Shown here: piece after piece, positions 61,146-64,000 of the stretch
Numbering within the stretch: the first letter of the stretch is position 1
How the letters are laid out: every line of letters starts with the position of its first letter
NCBI GenBank assembly: GCA_965263355.1
Contig: CBDHHL010000032.1
Span: 896,001 to 960,000 of the forward strand
Reading direction: 5' to 3'
DNA from: Leptolyngbyaceae cyanobacterium
GTDB taxonomy: Bacteria; Cyanobacteriota; Cyanobacteriia; Phormidesmidales; Phormidesmidaceae
DNA length: 64,000 bases
Made by a program: the position numbers and the translations under genes
Notes under the pieces: generated by a model
What the model was told of the DNA's origin: nothing
The model's input: only the letters and a program-made list of their open reading frames with translations
Database searches by the model: none

Positions 61146-61706
61146 ATGTCTAACTTAAATTTGAACTTAGGCTGCGGTGCTACGCGCTTAGCAAACTATA
61201 TTAATGTCGATAAGTTTGGTGACCCAGATCTTAAAGTCGATCTAGAAGAGTTTCCATGGCCTTGGAATAGTAACAGTGTGGCAAACATTGAGTTAAGCCA
61301 TGTTCTAGAACATTTGGGTCAACAGACAGATGTATATCTTCAAATTATTCAAGAGATGTATCGGGTCTGCCAACCCTCAGCAAAGGTACATATAAGGGTT
61401 CCTCACCATCGCCATGACAACTTTCTACACGATCCCACCCATGTTCGGGCAATTACCCCTTATGGTTTAAGCATGTTCTCCCAAAAATTTAATAGAGAAC
61501 GCCAGCTCAATGGAGAACCGACAACACCTCTAGGAATCTATTTAGGGGTTGATTTTGAGTTAACCAAAACTCACTACGTACCCAGTAAACTCTGGTATAA
61601 GCGCGAACCTGAGCGAGCTGATGATATCGATTACTTACTTGAGCAAAGTGCCCTCTACAATAACTTAATTCAGGAAGTCGATATGATTCTGATGGCAATT
61701 AAGTAA
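61146..61706 (+). CDS. Class I SAM-dependent methyltransferase (type 11-like)
   Basis: LNLGCG, YINVD, SHVLEHL, YRVC, DPTHVR. Confidence 0.85.
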   Translation: MSNLNLNLGCGATRLANYINVDKFGDPDLKVDLEEFPWPWNSNSVANIELSHVLEHLGQQTDVYLQIIQEMYRVCQPSAKVHIRVPHHRHDNFLHDPTHVRAITPYGLSMFSQKFNRERQLNGEPTTPLGIYLGVDFELTKTHYVPSKLWYKREPERADDIDYLLEQSALYNNLIQEVDMILMAIK

Positions 61707-61982
61707 GGTGTGACTCTTTTAGAGTGGGTTCATAAACTATTATTAATTTACACTGTATCCCTTTTGAATAAAGTTTTTTGGTATTACAGTTCAGATGCAC
61801 TGAAAATACTTTAAATAATTTCAAATCCTTTACGTTAGTTCACGAATCCACTCTACATAGGATACTACCACTGCCCACCAACCTTCATCCTCAAAGTACC
61901 CCTGCGGGTAATGTCAAACATTTATCCGAAATCCATACTTAAGGGATTGTTGTATAAGCGGCAGCAGTCAAGGTGTCTGTCT

Positions 61983-62501
61983 ATGTCTACACAACCCATC
62001 ACCCCAAGTTCGATCACGCTCCGAGCATACTGCGACGAAGATTGGCCCGCAGTATGCACAATCCATGATCGTGCCCGTCCTTATGAATTAGAAGGATCAT
62101 GTGATTCTCAGGCATTTCTACCCCTGGCAGATGACCATGACGACCTCGAAACCTTTCACCGCGCTGAAAAGTTTATTGCCTGCTTAGCAGAAGACATCGT
62201 TGGGTTTGTCGGAGTTGACGAAAATTTGATCTCCTGGCTATATGTAGACCCCGATTACTTTAGCTTGGGCATTGGCCGGGAACTCCTGCAACTAGGCCTG
62301 GAGTTAGCTGGCCCCAACGCCTGGACAGTGGTACTAAACGGCAACACCCGTGCCCGACAACTCTACGCTAGCGAAGGCTTCCAGGTTATTCACAGATTTA
62401 AAGGCACCAATGCCGGATATCCATGCATCTGCTTAGAACTCGCACTCAAGCCAAACCGTACACAGTTATGTGTAGACCAAACACAGTTTTATGCAGCCTA
62501 G
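61983..62501 (+). CDS. GNAT N-acetyltransferase
   Basis: WLYVDPDY..LGIGRELL, N.RARQLY..EGF; start could be 61911. Confidence 0.85.
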   Translation: MSTQPITPSSITLRAYCDEDWPAVCTIHDRARPYELEGSCDSQAFLPLADDHDDLETFHRAEKFIACLAEDIVGFVGVDENLISWLYVDPDYFSLGIGRELLQLGLELAGPNAWTVVLNGNTRARQLYASEGFQVIHRFKGTNAGYPCICLELALKPNRTQLCVDQTQFYAA

Positions 62502-63016
62502 AACTCTTTAAAAATCAGGCTCGTGGTTTCCCTTATTAAGCCTTGATTCACTTGATAGGAAAGACTACGTGTATCCAATGCTACGGTTGTTGCGAACTAA
62601 TAAGCATGAATTGATGCATCCACTTTTTTTAGTAATCAAAGGTATTAAGCATTATTTCAAATCGAGTTTTCCTGTTTTTTTTTAAAAAGTGTTGGGCAAT
62701 ACTTAACGTATCAGAATCATTTGCCTCAAGCATGTTCACGTTAAAGGTCTGTAGAGATTTCTGTAGCAAAGTTAACGTTTTGAGCATGAAAAATGGTTGG
62801 CTTAGGTTCTCTTCTATAATGCTTAGTCACTCCCAAAAGAGAGCTGAAGCACGCCTCAAATACCTGTCAACATCATTCGCAAATATAACCGTCCTTAGAG
62901 ACCTTTATGGTTTGAGATTAAACGTTATCGATAATCTCCTGACTTAGTTAAAGCGATCTAGAAACAGTAGTAGGGTTCTGAACTATATGAAACAATCTGT
63001 CCAAGGAAATTAAGGA

Positions 63017-63535
63017 ATGTCAAGAAGACTCTTCACTGGAATCACGTTAGGAATCGTTTCACTCACTGTATTAGCTGGAGCCAGCTATGGGTCTTCTAGC
63101 GAGCCAGTTACTGTCGACGTTTATGGCTCATCCTATAGCATTGAGTTAGACCATGATGCGACGGATCATGTGCTCAGAAATCAACCATGGTGGGGCAATA
63201 AGGAACTCGCCAGTGAACTCTGTGAAGCATTGGTTTATCAGGGTGAAGATATTGCCAGTATTGGCTACAACACAATGGAAATCAGAGGACAAGACTATAT
63301 TGAAGCCTATCTTGTCATGCCTCTCGCCACATGCACTGGTCCTGTTTTAGTTTCGCAAGCAGATATTGGCCAAATGACTAGCGGTACGTTTTTTGTCATT
63401 TCAGGTAATGTTTGCTTAACCAGTAATACTGACGTGCTGAGTAGCCAACTTCGTAAGCATCAGCATCCATATCTTATGCCTCAGAATATAAGCGTACTCA
63501 ATTGTGATTATTTAAACAATTCAATTATGTATTAA
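63017..63535 (+). CDS. Secreted hypothetical protein
   Basis: AAGGA RBS, signal peptide, QPWWGNxxLA motif. Confidence 0.55.
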   Translation: MSRRLFTGITLGIVSLTVLAGASYGSSSEPVTVDVYGSSYSIELDHDATDHVLRNQPWWGNKELASELCEALVYQGEDIASIGYNTMEIRGQDYIEAYLVMPLATCTGPVLVSQADIGQMTSGTFFVISGNVCLTSNTDVLSSQLRKHQHPYLMPQNISVLNCDYLNNSIMY

Positions 63536-63648
63536 GGGCAATTCTGCATTAAGGGGAACAAACTGGCAAGTTAGTGTTTGTGGGTTAGCAAAGCCTCTAC
63601 AACGGAGAATCCTACTTGTCGTAACGTTAGGCTTTGACTAATATACGT

Positions 63649-63686
63649 AAAAAAAGGAGTCAAAGGCATTCTCGCTTCTGACTCCT
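63649..63686 (-). terminator. Minus-strand intrinsic terminator
   Basis: A-run followed by AGGAGTCA...TGACTCCT stem. Confidence 0.5.
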
Positions 63687-64000
63687 ATCTCTTGCTCCCT
63701 AAATTCTGAACACACTCAATGAATTAAATGCTGACGGCAGCATTCCTGTTTTTGTCGATTAGCTGGACTGCCATAGGGTTTAGTATCCATTACAGAAAAT
63801 AAAACTACCCCTAGACACAGCAACACACTGAATCGAATAAACATTTGAGCAATTAAGTTCAATCCAGCTTAAGTGTGAAACTGGCCTTTAAAGAAATCTA
63901 ACGGCTGCCTAAAGGGCGACGAGCCACTAATAACCCAGCACAAAATTGGACAAAATACGATGAAATAAACTGTCAGTACTGCAATTAGTTCAGTAGCAGT

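Noticed and set aside
62732..62947. 71-aa ORF
   Set aside because: No motifs or RBS; looks like intergenic sequence.
63580..63612. AGCAAAGCCTCTACAACGGAGAATC, resembling a dispersed cyanobacterial short repeat
   Set aside because: Single degenerate copy in the window; cannot be supported.

Overview
This window comes from a filamentous cyanobacterium: it has HIP1 octamers GCGATCGC, the fraCDE septal-junction operon, Uma2 genes and a tandem-domain CobO. Positions 1.2-22.1 kb hold a large Wzy-dependent exopolysaccharide cluster (wza, kinase-less wzc, wzy, wzx, GT4/GT2/GT71 transferases, a GH9 lipoprotein, two Gfo/Idh/MocA oxidoreductases and a deacetylase). It ends in an unusual PLP-decarboxylase plus ATP-grasp ligase pair. 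Next come an RTX protein with 456-bp tandem repeats, an adenylate cyclase, a FIST(NosP)-histidine kinase pair, and housekeeping genes (ubiH-like, grxC, cobO, fraCDE, dacB, GH15/phosphorylase-kinase-like, gatB, crtI-family). The top candidate for an undescribed system is at 42.9-45.2 kb. There a 52-aa micro-ORF shares a gapless 33-residue Q/N/G-rich, amyloid-like motif (15/33 identical) with the N-terminus of the adjacent NACHT (NLR-like) protein, whose membrane region is built from heavily frameshifted 12-bp repeats. Also seen: an NsiR1-like sRNA candidate after gatB, a tandem pair of unknown small paralogues, an IS3 remnant fused to a decayed copy of the crtI 3' end, a Uma2 remnant, and REP/MITE-like palindromes. 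I saw no CRISPR array, rRNA or tRNA. All family calls come from motif recognition by eye, not database searches.
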